DNA of 64,000 nt from an uncultured Gammaproteobacteria bacterium (GCA_965231005.1 OZ246405.1:476223-540222); one strand, 5' to 3'. Positions 38,248 to 49,716 are shown, counted from the first letter of the stretch. The notes: generated by a model from the sequence alone, not told the origin. Made by a program: numbers and translations.

Positions 38248-41200
38248 ATGCTTTTCAACACAAAGCACAAAAAAACAAAATCAGTATTTCTCAGTATCTT
38301 TCTTGGAGTGTTTTTGGCTGTTGAAATAGTTGGATTTACATTTTTAGCAAAACCTGCACATGCTGCTGGACTTCCTGTTGTCGATGCTGTTGCCTCTGGA
38401 CAACGTGCAAGTAGTAGTGTGTGGGATACGATTTTGAAAACACTCTATGCAACTGGGTTGAGTGCGCTTATGACAGGTGTTTCGTATATGACACGTAAGA
38501 TCGCATACGACACAGCAGTCTATGCGGCAACAGGATTTAAAGGGCAAAAGCCACTTATCTTTACAGATAGATGGGATGAATATTTAGCAACCGAAGGTGG
38601 AAATGCAGCTGCAACAGCCATTGATCAATTTGGAGAGTCGTTTGGGTTGAATCTTTGTGGTTTCCCGAATGTGAGATTGCAGGCACAAGTCCAAATTGGA
38701 CTTCGAACATTGTACGATCAAGATCAGTTTGGTGTTTCAGGACCACAACCGACCTGTTCTTGGCAACAAGTTTCAGAGCTTTGGGATGCAGAAAATTATA
38801 CCAAGCTTGGAGATTCCGCATTAAATGTCTTTAGTGATGCAATAAGTGTACGAGAAAGTGACTTTGGTATTACACTTGCAGCAATTGAAAAAATCGATCG
38901 ATTCCAAGCAGTACAACAACAAGCAAAATTTTTAGAACGACTTGAAGGAAAAGGATATAAAGCTGTGAAAGGTCTTATTTCAGATAATATCAGAACACCA
39001 GCAAACATTGTTGAAGAAGAAACAAAGGTCCTTACAGCAAAACATCAAGGAGAAATAACATATAGTCAAATTTCTGGTATTTATGGTTCAGGAGCATTGG
39101 AAATTTTACCACAGGCTGCATCTGTCTTTATTAACACATTTTTGAGTCAAGGATTAAATAATTTATTGACAGAGGGACTTGTTCCAGACAAAGCACCTTC
39201 AGAATCAGGAGATGGTGTTGGCAGTTATTATGCTGAGTCAATTGTCAGTAGGAAAAAAGCAACAGAACAAGCATTTAGTTACTTATTTACTGCAGTTCCA
39301 AAGAAACAACTTGGTGCATACGATGCACTTGCAGAGCTTGCAGCATGTCCAAAAAACAGTACAGGCTTAAACAACTGTGTAATTGACGAAGGATTAAAAC
39401 AAGCAATCACTCGTGCAAAGCAGGGTGAGGCACTCACCATAGAAGAAGCAATGGCACCCAATGTTGGGTTGCTCAATGGAGACTGGCCACTTATTTCACC
39501 ACTTCGTATTGCAGATAATACAGATCTTGATTGTAGGTTAAAAGGATATTGTTATTCAAATATTCAAAAATTGAGAAAACTTCGTGTGCTTCCAACAGGG
39601 TTTGAAATTGCAGCACTGCGATCTGATCCAGACAAGCCATGGACACTTCGGCAAGTTGTTGAAGGATATAACAACTGTGATTTTCTTGATCCACCAAAAA
39701 ATACAAAAGTAAAATACAATCCAAAAAAACCATTTTGCCGACTTATTGATCCAAATTGGATTATTCGTCTTCCAGAAACACGTTGTGAATCAACAGTGTT
39801 TGGACCTGAGCTTGTAACAGATGGTTCTCCAGATCGACGAGAAGAATGTGTTGATATTTCTACCTGTATTACAGAGGGACCAAATGGAGAGTGTATTGGA
39901 GATGAATATTATGGATACTGTACGCGAGAACAAAATATCTGGCATATTGGACAAGAATCATGTCCTGCACAATTTAATACATGTAAAACATTTGTTGATG
40001 CTGGTGGTTCTGCTCGTTCTTATTTATCACGAACCATAGATTATGGTGCATGTAATATTGATACGGTTGGTTGTCGTGCATATAGCTTGGAAAGAAAAAA
40101 TGTTGGTCAAGCAGCGTCTCCATGGAAACACAGTGACGAGGTAAATCTTGAATTGAAAAAATTGGGGCGGAATCAAGTCATGTACTTTAATAGTAAAGTT
40201 GCAAACTTCTCATGTCAGGGTGGAGAAGGATGTAATGCGTTCTACCAAGCAGAAGAGACAGATACAGGATATAAAAAACCTGCACAACCAAAACCTATTT
40301 ATTTGAAAAAAGCACCAGACTATCTAGGTTGTTACGATACAAACCCAACACAGCTTGGTATTCAATGGCCAAAAACAAAGAGTGATCTTGCAGCGCTGCC
40401 AGGTCATCCAGCATGTAATTCATTTGCAAATGTTTGTCTTCCAGAAGAAGTAGAATGTCAACAATACAATGCCGTTGCATCTGGCAATGTTGTTTCTGGA
40501 ATTATTGGAACCAAGTTTGCATGTGACGAAGTCTGTGTTGGTTATGATGCATTTAAACAAGAAGCATCATCATTTGAAAAAGACAAATATCCATTGTACT
40601 TCATCCCAGACAATGCAAGATCATTTATGGAAATAAATAATCTTTCTTGTTCTGCAGCAGAAGTCGGATGTGAAGAATTTACGAATCTAAATACAGAAGA
40701 TCTTGAATACTACACAAACATTAAATACTGTGAACAACCAGATGGAAATAATGAAAAAGCATTTTATTCTTGGGAAGGGGATCAGGCAACAGGATTTGTA
40801 TTGAAGACTCATAAATTACTACAAATTGACCAAGAAGAATTTAGCTATATCAATGACAATGCAAAGCCAGCACTTGGAGCATCGAGCGTTGCAAAAGTAT
40901 TCCCTATTGGTTCTCCAGCATATGCAGAAGATAGTAAGAAAAAACTAGAAGCACAGTATGCTATTTGTAATGAAACATTGTACAAGAATTTGGTGAACAA
41001 TGTTCCAAATGCACCAAAAGCTGATGCAGATTGTCGAGCACTATATGACGATGATGGAAAAGTATTTTATCGTTTGTTAGCAAATACTGTCGTTGTTTCA
41101 GATCAATGTCAGGACTTAAGAAGGACAACAGCAACATTTGAAGTTGATACAGACATTGCTTCAAAACAAGCATGTGATAACAAAGCAGGTGTGTGGCAAA

Positions 41201-44200
41201 ATAATCAGTGTCAACGATGTATGGGCGGTGGTGAATTTAAGAATGGAAGTTGTGTCTACGCTGCAATTACTGGTGTAGGCCAATCAACATCATGTACACC
41301 AGCTGCAAATGGATGTCGAAAATATGTTGGAAGCACTGGAAATAATACTGGTGACATATTTAAAGATGAATTTGAACCAAATACTCCTGATGATATAAAT
41401 AAAGCAGTTGAAGGATATGCTGCAACAGGAGGCAATGGAGTTGCAAAGATGGCAACAGAATCAATTCAGGTTGGACTTCATTCTCTTCAAGTTGATGCAA
41501 AAACACTCACACGAACAGTGCCAGTTGCTTCTATTCTTCCAGGAGAAGATGATTTATATGAAATTTCATTCTGGGCAAAAGGTGGACCACTTGCTCTTAC
41601 AATAGAATTAAAAGGTGAAGGCAATGTTTCATATACACTCACACAAAATAATCAAACTGGTCAGGCATCATCTGCATCTGTTGGAAATGAGTGGCGACAA
41701 TACAAATATGGCCCAGTTCGAATTGATAAAGAAGTGAAAAAACCAACACTTGTATTTACATCAAAAGTAAATGGCATTGGTTCAACATACTTCTTGGACA
41801 ACCTCCGCTTTACTCGAATTACAGACACATATTATCTTGTAAAAGATTCATGGAAAACACCAGAAGGATATGATGTTCCATTGATTTGTGATGCAAAACC
41901 AAATGATCCATTCCCAGGTACAGCTCTTGGCTGTCAGGCATATACCTTTACAAATAGTGATGGAAATACACAGCAAGCATTTGCAACTGGTTTTGAAAAA
42001 CTTTGTCGACAAGATGCTATTGGATGTGAAGCACTGTATGACACATATAACACTGTTGAAATTCCATTTGCAGAAGATGCACATATTTATAAATTAGAAT
42101 GTAGCAATACAAATACACCTGTTACAAAAAATACAACATGTGAACTTACCTTTGGTGGAAAGAACCTCGATGATGGATCTTGTACAATTGGCGTTGGTGA
42201 AACAACCTGTCTTGTTGACCACATTACACTTGAAAAAGCTACAGATGTAGATAAGGTTGGAAATGGAAAAGTAGTAAAATCAACAATTATTGTTCCAGAA
42301 GATACACCAGAAAGTGATCCTATTTTCCTTACAAATCGTGATGAATTTACCTGCCAAGGAACACAGCAAGGATGTCAGCGTGTTGCACTTGAAGAGCAAA
42401 AGGTAAAAGCGACCAGTACGACATATTCATTCCCAAGTGAAGCAACAGTACTCAATAACCCAGACACATACTTAGACAACAATAACAGTATTTTATGTTC
42501 ACAAGATACTGTGGGATGTTCACAATTTGGTGGAAGTGCTGGTACATCATTTTTCAAAGATCCACTCCTTACAGGAAATAGAATTTGTGATTATAGAAAA
42601 GATGTTGAAAAAGATGGTGAACTTGTCAGTGGTTGGTTTAGATCAAATTCAGAAGGCAATGTTCCATGTTATGACAAATTCTTAGAAGAAAGTGGTGTCT
42701 ATGGTATTAATTCAAACAAGTCAACATTTTATGAGGGATTTGTAGGAGCATGTCCTGCACAGTTTGATCAATGTACAGAATTGGTCGACAGATATGATAT
42801 AAGTGAAGAATTTCCAAAAGGAAAACCATATTATTCATTATTCAATGCTCAACTTCTCAAGAGTATTGATGAATGTGGTGGACAAGCAAGTTTGAAAGAA
42901 GGATGTGTCTTGTTCGACAGGACAGAAGATCCAAAGAAATCATACAATGCTTCTGCCACATATGACGCAAGTGAACAAAAAGGATTTATTTCAGTTCCTC
43001 CAATTTCTTCTGCAATACAAGGCAATGATTCAAATGTTATTTTGAAAGTTGGTCGTGACAGAGCATGTAGTGAATGGCTTGCATGTAAAACTGCAGTAAC
43101 CAAGAAAGATGATAAAGGTGTGCCACAGCGACTGTGTTATGACTTCCGTGCTTGTGACGAAGTGAGTGGGGGAGAGTGTGCAAATTGGAAAGATTATGGA
43201 TTTGGAGATGAACTCTTAACTGATGAAAAATATGTCACACGAGATGCGTCGTGGCATGGTGAAGACTATACTGGATACTCATTATTGAACAAATATCAAA
43301 TTACCTATTATGATTATATTGTAACGGGGACTCCGTTTATGGTGTATAAAATGCATCCAGATTACTTTGCAGACAATGAACAGTTTGATTGTATTGAAAA
43401 TGGACAAGCAAAGACGGACTGGAGTGTATGTGGATTTGCTCCAAATAAGGGACGTTGTTTTGACGGACAATGTATTCAACCTGTTGCAGCACCGTTCCCT
43501 ATTGATGCTGATGAAAATTCTCCTGGAAAAGTACTAAAAGCGCTTGGTGATAATACTCAATGTAAGGCATATCCAGAGAAAACAGCACCATTTCCACAAT
43601 CAGTGCTAAAGCAGGTTGCAACTGAAAAGAAAAATGAAGCCAAAAAACAAAATCCAAAAGCGCAAAGTGGACAAGACAGCATGATACCACTTGTTGAAGA
43701 TAATAATGTTATAAAAAAGCAAGTTCGATATGAATTTCCATATCGAAAAGCAGGATTTAGTCAGGTGGGCATCTGTCAAGGAAAGGATGATTGTTCTTGT
43801 AGCTATACAAAGGTTGAATATGGTAGTCCACTTGATGTAGATTATTGGAGTGCAAAACAAAAACAAGAAAAAAGTATTCCTCCAGGACAATGTGTTGGTG
43901 GAGACAACGCAGGTGATCCTTGTTCAGAAGATAGTCATTGTTTCTCAGGAACATGTGGAAAAATAACACGACAAGAAGATCATCTTGGTTTGACTGGTTT
44001 CTGTTTAGAACGAGACCTAAGTCGTCCAATTGATGGGGGAGAAGATCTAAATGGAGATAAAAAGTTCGCATGTCTTACTTGGCTTCCAATTGATGTAAAT
44101 CCTGCAGGACTAGATAATTATAATTTATTCCAAGGTGCTGGATATTCACCATCACTTGATGCTGTGACAGAGAAAAAACAGATTGGTGGGGAAGTTATGT

Positions 44201-47200
44201 GTAGACGTTCAACTGCTATTGGTGCTGGACCGTATGATAAAGCGCTATTGCCTGTATTTAAGGATACATCTGGTACATATTTCAACAAGCAATATCCAAT
44301 TTGTTATGATGATAGTAGTGATCCAAACCAGAATTTGCCTGTTCAAAATCTTTGTGGTGCTCCACAGCCATTTGCAAATGATTCGGATAAATTCAACAAT
44401 AAGGGGGCTGTAATTCAGTATAGCTGTGATTCATCTGATCATAGTGATTTTAATAGATATAGAATGGTCGCATGTAATGCAACAGGAAATAAGAGGAAAG
44501 ATTTCTATGAAGCAATTTTGAGTTGGGCACGGAAAGATGGTTTTGGATTAGTAGGGTCTGGACAAAATGTTGTTGTGCTTAGGACAGAAACAGGGCATGA
44601 GAGTAAATTGACTTCTAAAAATGAGGGAAAAGATATCTATCCTACTAAATTGATACCAATAGATGAGTGGGATGGTATGACCAAAAAAACAGATGGTTCT
44701 TGTTTCACAAACCAACCACAGGCTGGAGGGACAGAAGGAAAGCTCATTGTCCGTCATCCTCCACGGTTATGGAACGAAGAACAAGGAAAATTTAAACAAA
44801 TAAAATACTTTACTCAGGGACCAAATGCAGAGGTCTGGCATCATGAGGGTAATTATTACCAGGATGAGAAGGGTTGTAAGTCGTTTGACGGAAAACTAAA
44901 TGTCTCTGGTGTTGCGGCGTATCCAGGCGAAGTATTTTATGATGAACAGCGAACAAAGGATTATTTATATCGTTCGCCATATGAACTTGTGATGAATCGA
45001 CGTGATTTGAATAAAGTATTCTTTGTTCCAACACTGTTCCCAGGAGGTGCAGAAGGAAATAATCCATTACTCCTTTCAAAGCAAGTGTACATTGATTTCG
45101 CAGAGCTTGATGCACGACTTGATAAGTATACAAAAGGTGAAGCGCAAACATTGAGCATGAAGAATTCTGTGAAAGGATTCCCAAATGATAGTGTACTTGA
45201 TGAAGACGATGGAGAATACAAATATAAAAATGCTGGTGATAATTTTAATGGTAAGTTTATTGATGCTGAAGTGTTATTTGCACCAGAGGATTCATCGCAA
45301 TTAGCACCTGGAGGTTTCAAACCAACAGTTAACAAAGATAATGCCGTCTACACATATGTAGTTACTCCATCACAAGATAATGATTTGAATAAAAAACACT
45401 ATGAGTTATATGAAGGTTCGGGAAGCGATCCAAAGTTTGCAAAAGCTGCAAAGGACTCCAGAAATTATATTGATCGCCGGTATGTATTGGTGTATCACAA
45501 TGATCACAATGCAAAGAAGACAAAAGCAGGCATGAATAATAAGTTGCGGAATTTGGAGTGGATAAGAAATAATTTAGATAAAAATACTGGAATTCCGAAA
45601 GCAGATCCGTTTACTGAGAAGGTTGTTTGTGATAAACGTTTGGCTTTTCCAACAGATGATAAATCTGATGAGACAGATGAAGATCGATATGGAGGAAACA
45701 ATTGGTTTGCTATTGGTATGGACTTTAATAAGAATGGAGAATTTCTTGGCTATGTTTCTCGATGGTGCATGCAAACAAACAACAATGCTTTAGAAGATGG
45801 TGGAATTAACATGGCCGTCATTGCACAAGTGAAAGATCAATGTGTTGACTATGTTCAGGTCAGTGATACAACAAAAGATGGAGTAGAAGATGTTCCAAAT
45901 AAAGCATGGACAAATCGTGTATGGATAGACGCTCCGTGGCAAGCCGGTATTAGTGGAAGACTTTTGCCAGATGTTGATATACGACCATTTGGTAGTACAG
46001 AATTAACTGGAAAAGATCTTCAAGTTTATAAGAAAGAGAAACCTAATGAAATTAATGTAGATGTTGTAAAAGCTTTATCAGAAAGAAGAATTACAAATCC
46101 GAAAGTCGATGGGTATCCGTTTGTCTGTATGAATCCTCTCATCAAGGGATTTGGTTTTGCAAACATAAATGCATTTGGTAGTGATAATGCATGTGGTGGT
46201 GTAGAGCTTGGTGTTGGTAGTAATTCAAAAAGTGGTATTAAAAATCCTGAAAAGGAATTCAATGATGCTTCGACAAGACTGTATAATTTATTTGCTCGTT
46301 CATACAAAGTTGTACAACGTGCAGGAGATGTAGGATTTGCAAACAAGAGTCAGTGGAATACGTGGGATGGAACTGACTATGCAAAGGATTCTAAAAAGTG
46401 GCTTGCAGGCTCAAATGTGATTGGTGGAATAGAAGACAGAGGAAACAAGGTTGGAAAAGATTTGAGTCCACCAGTTATTTATTCATTAAACCCACAGACA
46501 TGTTTCAGAGAAACTGGTGCTACATGTGGTGTTGGTGAAAAAGACAATATTACAGTTTCAGAAAAGAATGGAACAAGAACAGATTATAATGGTGATGAGA
46601 TTTCTGACGAAGACCCACAAGGAATAGGACTTCATGAAGCAATTATTAGAAACAAGAACTTTGGTGCAGTAGTAAACTTCTATGCTGCTGCAGACGACAA
46701 TAGAATGCCACTACGTCGTGTTATGATGAATTGGGACGATGGATCATTTACCAATGATGAAACATTTGGTCGATACAAAAACCACAAACCATATTGTGAT
46801 ACAGCAGAGGCTGCGCAAAAAGATAAGAAAGATCCAGACAACAGAAAACCAGATGTTGGTCTTTGTATGAGAAAGTCAGATACGATTCCTTCGCTTATGA
46901 CATGTCAGGAAGACAAGGATTGTCCTGTTGTAGCAGAAGGTCAAGAGCCGTATGAATGTGCAAAAGCAGATGCTGGGCAAGGTGAATTAAAACTTCCAGG
47001 ATATATTAAAAAAGGTGTGTCAGATCATGGTACATACCAAGAACCGCGATTTGGAAATGCACCACGTGCATGTGAAGACAATTTCTTCGAATTCAGACAT
47101 GGGTACACGTGTCCAAAAGATTTCCAACAAAAAGTAAATCAAACAGCGTTTGGTGGAAAGCATGGATATGTTCTTTCTCCAGATACAATTGCAAGACTTG

Positions 47201-47403
47201 AAGCGCTGGGTGTAAAAGCAGATGCAAATGTATGTGTGTTTAAACCAAAAGTTCAGGCGCTTGATTACTGGGGTTGGTGTAATGGAACATGTGCTGGTGG
47301 AAAAGGTTGTTATAATAATGTTGCTGGTATTCAAGACCAATGTGATAAAGATAACGCAGAACCGTGGACTGAATATAATGGAAGTATTATTATTATTCCG
47401 TAA
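38248..47403 (+). CDS. Giant (3051 aa) Cys-rich secreted or surface protein
   Basis: Single uninterrupted ORF. N-terminal signal or anchor FLSIFLGVFLAVEIVGFTFLAKPAHAAG. Cysteines occur throughout and there are no further TM helices. Confidence 0.7.
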   Translation: MLFNTKHKKTKSVFLSIFLGVFLAVEIVGFTFLAKPAHAAGLPVVDAVASGQRASSSVWDTILKTLYATGLSALMTGVSYMTRKIAYDTAVYAATGFKGQKPLIFTDRWDEYLATEGGNAAATAIDQFGESFGLNLCGFPNVRLQAQVQIGLRTLYDQDQFGVSGPQPTCSWQQVSELWDAENYTKLGDSALNVFSDAISVRESDFGITLAAIEKIDRFQAVQQQAKFLERLEGKGYKAVKGLISDNIRTPANIVEEETKVLTAKHQGEITYSQISGIYGSGALEILPQAASVFINTFLSQGLNNLLTEGLVPDKAPSESGDGVGSYYAESIVSRKKATEQAFSYLFTAVPKKQLGAYDALAELAACPKNSTGLNNCVIDEGLKQAITRAKQGEALTIEEAMAPNVGLLNGDWPLISPLRIADNTDLDCRLKGYCYSNIQKLRKLRVLPTGFEIAALRSDPDKPWTLRQVVEGYNNCDFLDPPKNTKVKYNPKKPFCRLIDPNWIIRLPETRCESTVFGPELVTDGSPDRREECVDISTCITEGPNGECIGDEYYGYCTREQNIWHIGQESCPAQFNTCKTFVDAGGSARSYLSRTIDYGACNIDTVGCRAYSLERKNVGQAASPWKHSDEVNLELKKLGRNQVMYFNSKVANFSCQGGEGCNAFYQAEETDTGYKKPAQPKPIYLKKAPDYLGCYDTNPTQLGIQWPKTKSDLAALPGHPACNSFANVCLPEEVECQQYNAVASGNVVSGIIGTKFACDEVCVGYDAFKQEASSFEKDKYPLYFIPDNARSFMEINNLSCSAAEVGCEEFTNLNTEDLEYYTNIKYCEQPDGNNEKAFYSWEGDQATGFVLKTHKLLQIDQEEFSYINDNAKPALGASSVAKVFPIGSPAYAEDSKKKLEAQYAICNETLYKNLVNNVPNAPKADADCRALYDDDGKVFYRLLANTVVVSDQCQDLRRTTATFEVDTDIASKQACDNKAGVWQNNQCQRCMGGGEFKNGSCVYAAITGVGQSTSCTPAANGCRKYVGSTGNNTGDIFKDEFEPNTPDDINKAVEGYAATGGNGVAKMATESIQVGLHSLQVDAKTLTRTVPVASILPGEDDLYEISFWAKGGPLALTIELKGEGNVSYTLTQNNQTGQASSASVGNEWRQYKYGPVRIDKEVKKPTLVFTSKVNGIGSTYFLDNLRFTRITDTYYLVKDSWKTPEGYDVPLICDAKPNDPFPGTALGCQAYTFTNSDGNTQQAFATGFEKLCRQDAIGCEALYDTYNTVEIPFAEDAHIYKLECSNTNTPVTKNTTCELTFGGKNLDDGSCTIGVGETTCLVDHITLEKATDVDKVGNGKVVKSTIIVPEDTPESDPIFLTNRDEFTCQGTQQGCQRVALEEQKVKATSTTYSFPSEATVLNNPDTYLDNNNSILCSQDTVGCSQFGGSAGTSFFKDPLLTGNRICDYRKDVEKDGELVSGWFRSNSEGNVPCYDKFLEESGVYGINSNKSTFYEGFVGACPAQFDQCTELVDRYDISEEFPKGKPYYSLFNAQLLKSIDECGGQASLKEGCVLFDRTEDPKKSYNASATYDASEQKGFISVPPISSAIQGNDSNVILKVGRDRACSEWLACKTAVTKKDDKGVPQRLCYDFRACDEVSGGECANWKDYGFGDELLTDEKYVTRDASWHGEDYTGYSLLNKYQITYYDYIVTGTPFMVYKMHPDYFADNEQFDCIENGQAKTDWSVCGFAPNKGRCFDGQCIQPVAAPFPIDADENSPGKVLKALGDNTQCKAYPEKTAPFPQSVLKQVATEKKNEAKKQNPKAQSGQDSMIPLVEDNNVIKKQVRYEFPYRKAGFSQVGICQGKDDCSCSYTKVEYGSPLDVDYWSAKQKQEKSIPPGQCVGGDNAGDPCSEDSHCFSGTCGKITRQEDHLGLTGFCLERDLSRPIDGGEDLNGDKKFACLTWLPIDVNPAGLDNYNLFQGAGYSPSLDAVTEKKQIGGEVMCRRSTAIGAGPYDKALLPVFKDTSGTYFNKQYPICYDDSSDPNQNLPVQNLCGAPQPFANDSDKFNNKGAVIQYSCDSSDHSDFNRYRMVACNATGNKRKDFYEAILSWARKDGFGLVGSGQNVVVLRTETGHESKLTSKNEGKDIYPTKLIPIDEWDGMTKKTDGSCFTNQPQAGGTEGKLIVRHPPRLWNEEQGKFKQIKYFTQGPNAEVWHHEGNYYQDEKGCKSFDGKLNVSGVAAYPGEVFYDEQRTKDYLYRSPYELVMNRRDLNKVFFVPTLFPGGAEGNNPLLLSKQVYIDFAELDARLDKYTKGEAQTLSMKNSVKGFPNDSVLDEDDGEYKYKNAGDNFNGKFIDAEVLFAPEDSSQLAPGGFKPTVNKDNAVYTYVVTPSQDNDLNKKHYELYEGSGSDPKFAKAAKDSRNYIDRRYVLVYHNDHNAKKTKAGMNNKLRNLEWIRNNLDKNTGIPKADPFTEKVVCDKRLAFPTDDKSDETDEDRYGGNNWFAIGMDFNKNGEFLGYVSRWCMQTNNNALEDGGINMAVIAQVKDQCVDYVQVSDTTKDGVEDVPNKAWTNRVWIDAPWQAGISGRLLPDVDIRPFGSTELTGKDLQVYKKEKPNEINVDVVKALSERRITNPKVDGYPFVCMNPLIKGFGFANINAFGSDNACGGVELGVGSNSKSGIKNPEKEFNDASTRLYNLFARSYKVVQRAGDVGFANKSQWNTWDGTDYAKDSKKWLAGSNVIGGIEDRGNKVGKDLSPPVIYSLNPQTCFRETGATCGVGEKDNITVSEKNGTRTDYNGDEISDEDPQGIGLHEAIIRNKNFGAVVNFYAAADDNRMPLRRVMMNWDDGSFTNDETFGRYKNHKPYCDTAEAAQKDKKDPDNRKPDVGLCMRKSDTIPSLMTCQEDKDCPVVAEGQEPYECAKADAGQGELKLPGYIKKGVSDHGTYQEPRFGNAPRACEDNFFEFRHGYTCPKDFQQKVNQTAFGGKHGYVLSPDTIARLEALGVKADANVCVFKPKVQALDYWGWCNGTCAGGKGCYNNVAGIQDQCDKDNAEPWTEYNGSIIIIP

Positions 47404-47530
47404 ACCCCACCCCTGTGTCTGACCTGAAGGTCAGACCGCCCTCCCCTTGGCAGGGGAGGGAACGGTATAAACCCTCCCCCTGCTAAGGGGGAGGTGGCCA
47501 AAGGCCGGAGGGGGTTAACTACAAAACAGT
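47404..47530. repeat. Cluster of GC-rich palindromic (REP-like) units immediately after the giant gene stop
   Basis: GTCTGACC-tgaa-GGTCAGAC, CCCTCCCC-ttggca-GGGGAGGG and CCTCCCCC-tgctaa-GGGGGAGG are adjacent. Composition differs abruptly from the AT-rich gene. Confidence 0.5.
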
Positions 47531-47536
47531 AAAACA

Positions 47537-47567
47537 AAAAATCTGGCTTAAAGCCAGATTTTTTATA
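47537..47567 (+). terminator. Rho-independent terminator
   Basis: AAAATCTGGCTT-TAAGCCAGATTTT with flanking T-run. Confidence 0.7.
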
Positions 47568-47599
47568 CGCTTGAACATATAAAATTTATATACTCAAGT

Positions 47600-47633
47600 G
47601 CGTCCCTGACAGTCTAGGAAAGTCAGGGGACGC
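47600..47633 (-). terminator. Hairpin terminator for the minus-strand lipoprotein gene
   Basis: GCGTCCCTGAC-agtctaggaaa-GTCAGGGGACGC lies just past the stop at 47665. Confidence 0.45.
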
Positions 47634-47664
47634 GAGTGTGAAAGTTGCCTTGTGGCAGGTGGAA

Positions 47665-48243
47665 CTACTCGTAGATGTGAGAGGTCTCGGTCAGGAGTTC
47701 GCCGTCGGCGCTGTATCGCTGCTGGTAGAGCAGACCGTCGTCCTTCTTCTCGATGCAGGCGTCTTCGTTGATCTCGTCGATGTGCAGACAGGCTTTGGAC
47801 TCAGCATGGTCAGGATCGACTTCGATGGTCATCTTGTTGAAGAGCAGGTGTTTGCCCACGAGGTTGACGTAGCACTTGCCGTTTTCGACTTTGCAGCTGA
47901 TCTCGCCCTTACCGAGCTTGGAGCCCTTGCGGCGGAACTTGCCGTCCATGGCCAGGATCGCATCCGAGCAGGTGACCATCGGGTCCGTGACCTCAATGGC
48001 CTCGCACACGCCGTCGGACTGACGACAGGTCTTGCCCATGGGGCAGCCCACGGTCTCATCGCGGCAGTCGGTCGTCTTGGTCGTGTCGGGCTTCGTGGTG
48101 TCGTCGGGGGTCGTCTTGGTCAGATCGGTCTTGGCGACATCGGTCGAAGTCGGGTTGGTGTTGCTGGACTCATCGGCGCTGCAGCCGAACGTGAACGTCG
48201 CGACCACCAGGGCCGCAACGAGAGAGGTCATGACCTTGTACAT
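47665..48243 (-). CDS. High-GC small secreted lipoprotein, Thr/Asp/Lys-rich linker plus Cys-containing domain
   Basis: SD GAAGGAGA upstream of MYKVMTSLVAALVVATFTFGC. Start placed at the internal Met, as the upstream extension lacks an RBS. G+C by eye is in the high 50s %. Confidence 0.6.
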   Translation of the reverse strand: MYKVMTSLVAALVVATFTFGCSADESSNTNPTSTDVAKTDLTKTTPDDTTKPDTTKTTDCRDETVGCPMGKTCRQSDGVCEAIEVTDPMVTCSDAILAMDGKFRRKGSKLGKGEISCKVENGKCYVNLVGKHLLFNKMTIEVDPDHAESKACLHIDEINEDACIEKKDDGLLYQQRYSADGELLTETSHIYE

Positions 48244-48738
48244 GGTCGTCTCCTTCTCGCTCCGTCGGAGCGAATGTGCTCCAGATCGGAGCTGGTGGCT
48301 TTGGTGGTGTCCGCGGAAATGCGAACAAAGGGCGTCCACTACCTATGTCGAGGACTCAATTTCCGTACAACTTTGCACGAGAATTGTCTCCTCAACATAG
48401 GAGTATTTCACACACGCGTATGATGTTATATATTCGCTTGATTGAGCAAAGATATAAACATGTAAAAGAGCAATTTATCTACTAAATTCGGAGGGTATAC
48501 TCCATCTAAAACATACCATAAAATAGGCAAAATGTCAAATGTCAAGAGGTGCTTGTGGATAAGTTTTCTCTCTTCGCAGACCCTAAATTAGGGGTAAAAA
48601 ACAGTGAAATACAGAAATAGTGCGAAAATTTGCTAAAACAAGGGTTAAAATGCGTGGAGTGGGTTTTATCTTTATTTTATTTTTTCTATGGTAGTATCTC
48701 AGTGTTTTTCCACAGCGGACTACACAAAGGAGGTCCAC

Positions 48739-49686
48739 ATGAGAACGTTCATTACACTACTAGCTTTTCTGCTTTTCTGTGCCTGTCAGTCCACAGACGA
48801 GGCTTCAGGATCATCAGACGGCTCTGGCAAGTCCGGTCCAACAGTCCACCAGGCGTACAAGCCCCTGTTCAACTGGGGGCCGAAGCGGATGAAGAATTAT
48901 GGCGACAAGCCATTATCTGAATTGGATACTGCGCTCGAATATAAATACGACGAGCATGGACGCCTCATCAGATTTTTTGGTGAGTTTGATTTTCCAACCA
49001 AGACGTACTATCCAATTCTTTTTTTCTATGGAAAGAATGGTCTTCTTTCCAGAGTTGAAGGCAAAGGGCATTTCGAATATACGTACCAATACAACGATCA
49101 ACTTCAATTGGTTAGGCTTGTATTTTCCTATTATGATTCAGATACAGGAAAATACAGTAACGTAGCGAGCGTTTTGGTTTACACATACGATGAAAATGGT
49201 CGTCTCGCAACTGTTATTGATTATGAGTCTAGCGAAAACTCAGAGCCAGAAGAGAAAGCTGTTTACTCTTGGAATTCTGCAACTGGAGGGCTTGCTCGCG
49301 TAGAGGAGTACAGATATTCAAAAGGTACATGGAAAACCTACAGTGTTGACGAGTACACGTATGAGTCTGGGAAACTCAAGTCACTCAAGAGTAAGTTCGA
49401 AAATTTTACTAGGTCCTGGGTATACACTTGGCGCCCTGATGGATTTTTGGATACAAGGACATTCGATGATAAAGATCAATCAAGATACATCTATCACGAT
49501 GGCAAGTTAGTAAAGGAGTGTCGGTACGTCTGGAAAAACGACAAGTGGAACGACAAGTCTGACTGTAGAGAAATGGAGCATTCTGAGGAAGGATCATCAT
49601 ATACATTTGAGCGTGATTGGTGGCCATCAATGCCTGGGATAAATTCATACATGCTCCTACACTACGGCCACCTGTCCTGGAAGTAG
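48739..49686 (+). CDS. Lipoprotein with YD-type (RHS-like) repeats
   Basis: SD AAGGAGGT 5 nt upstream of MRTFITLLAFLLFCAC. Repeated YKYDEHGRL, YTYDENGRL and YTYESGKL motifs. Confidence 0.65.
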   Translation: MRTFITLLAFLLFCACQSTDEASGSSDGSGKSGPTVHQAYKPLFNWGPKRMKNYGDKPLSELDTALEYKYDEHGRLIRFFGEFDFPTKTYYPILFFYGKNGLLSRVEGKGHFEYTYQYNDQLQLVRLVFSYYDSDTGKYSNVASVLVYTYDENGRLATVIDYESSENSEPEEKAVYSWNSATGGLARVEEYRYSKGTWKTYSVDEYTYESGKLKSLKSKFENFTRSWVYTWRPDGFLDTRTFDDKDQSRYIYHDGKLVKECRYVWKNDKWNDKSDCREMEHSEEGSSYTFERDWWPSMPGINSYMLLHYGHLSWK

Positions 49687-49716
49687 GAAAGCGCAACAGA
49701 ACGAAAAGGGGGAACA

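Noticed and set aside
47638-48423. 261-aa plus-strand ORF antisense to the high-GC lipoprotein gene
   Set aside because: High-GC antisense artefact. It has no RBS and a low-complexity G/V/A/L-rich translation.
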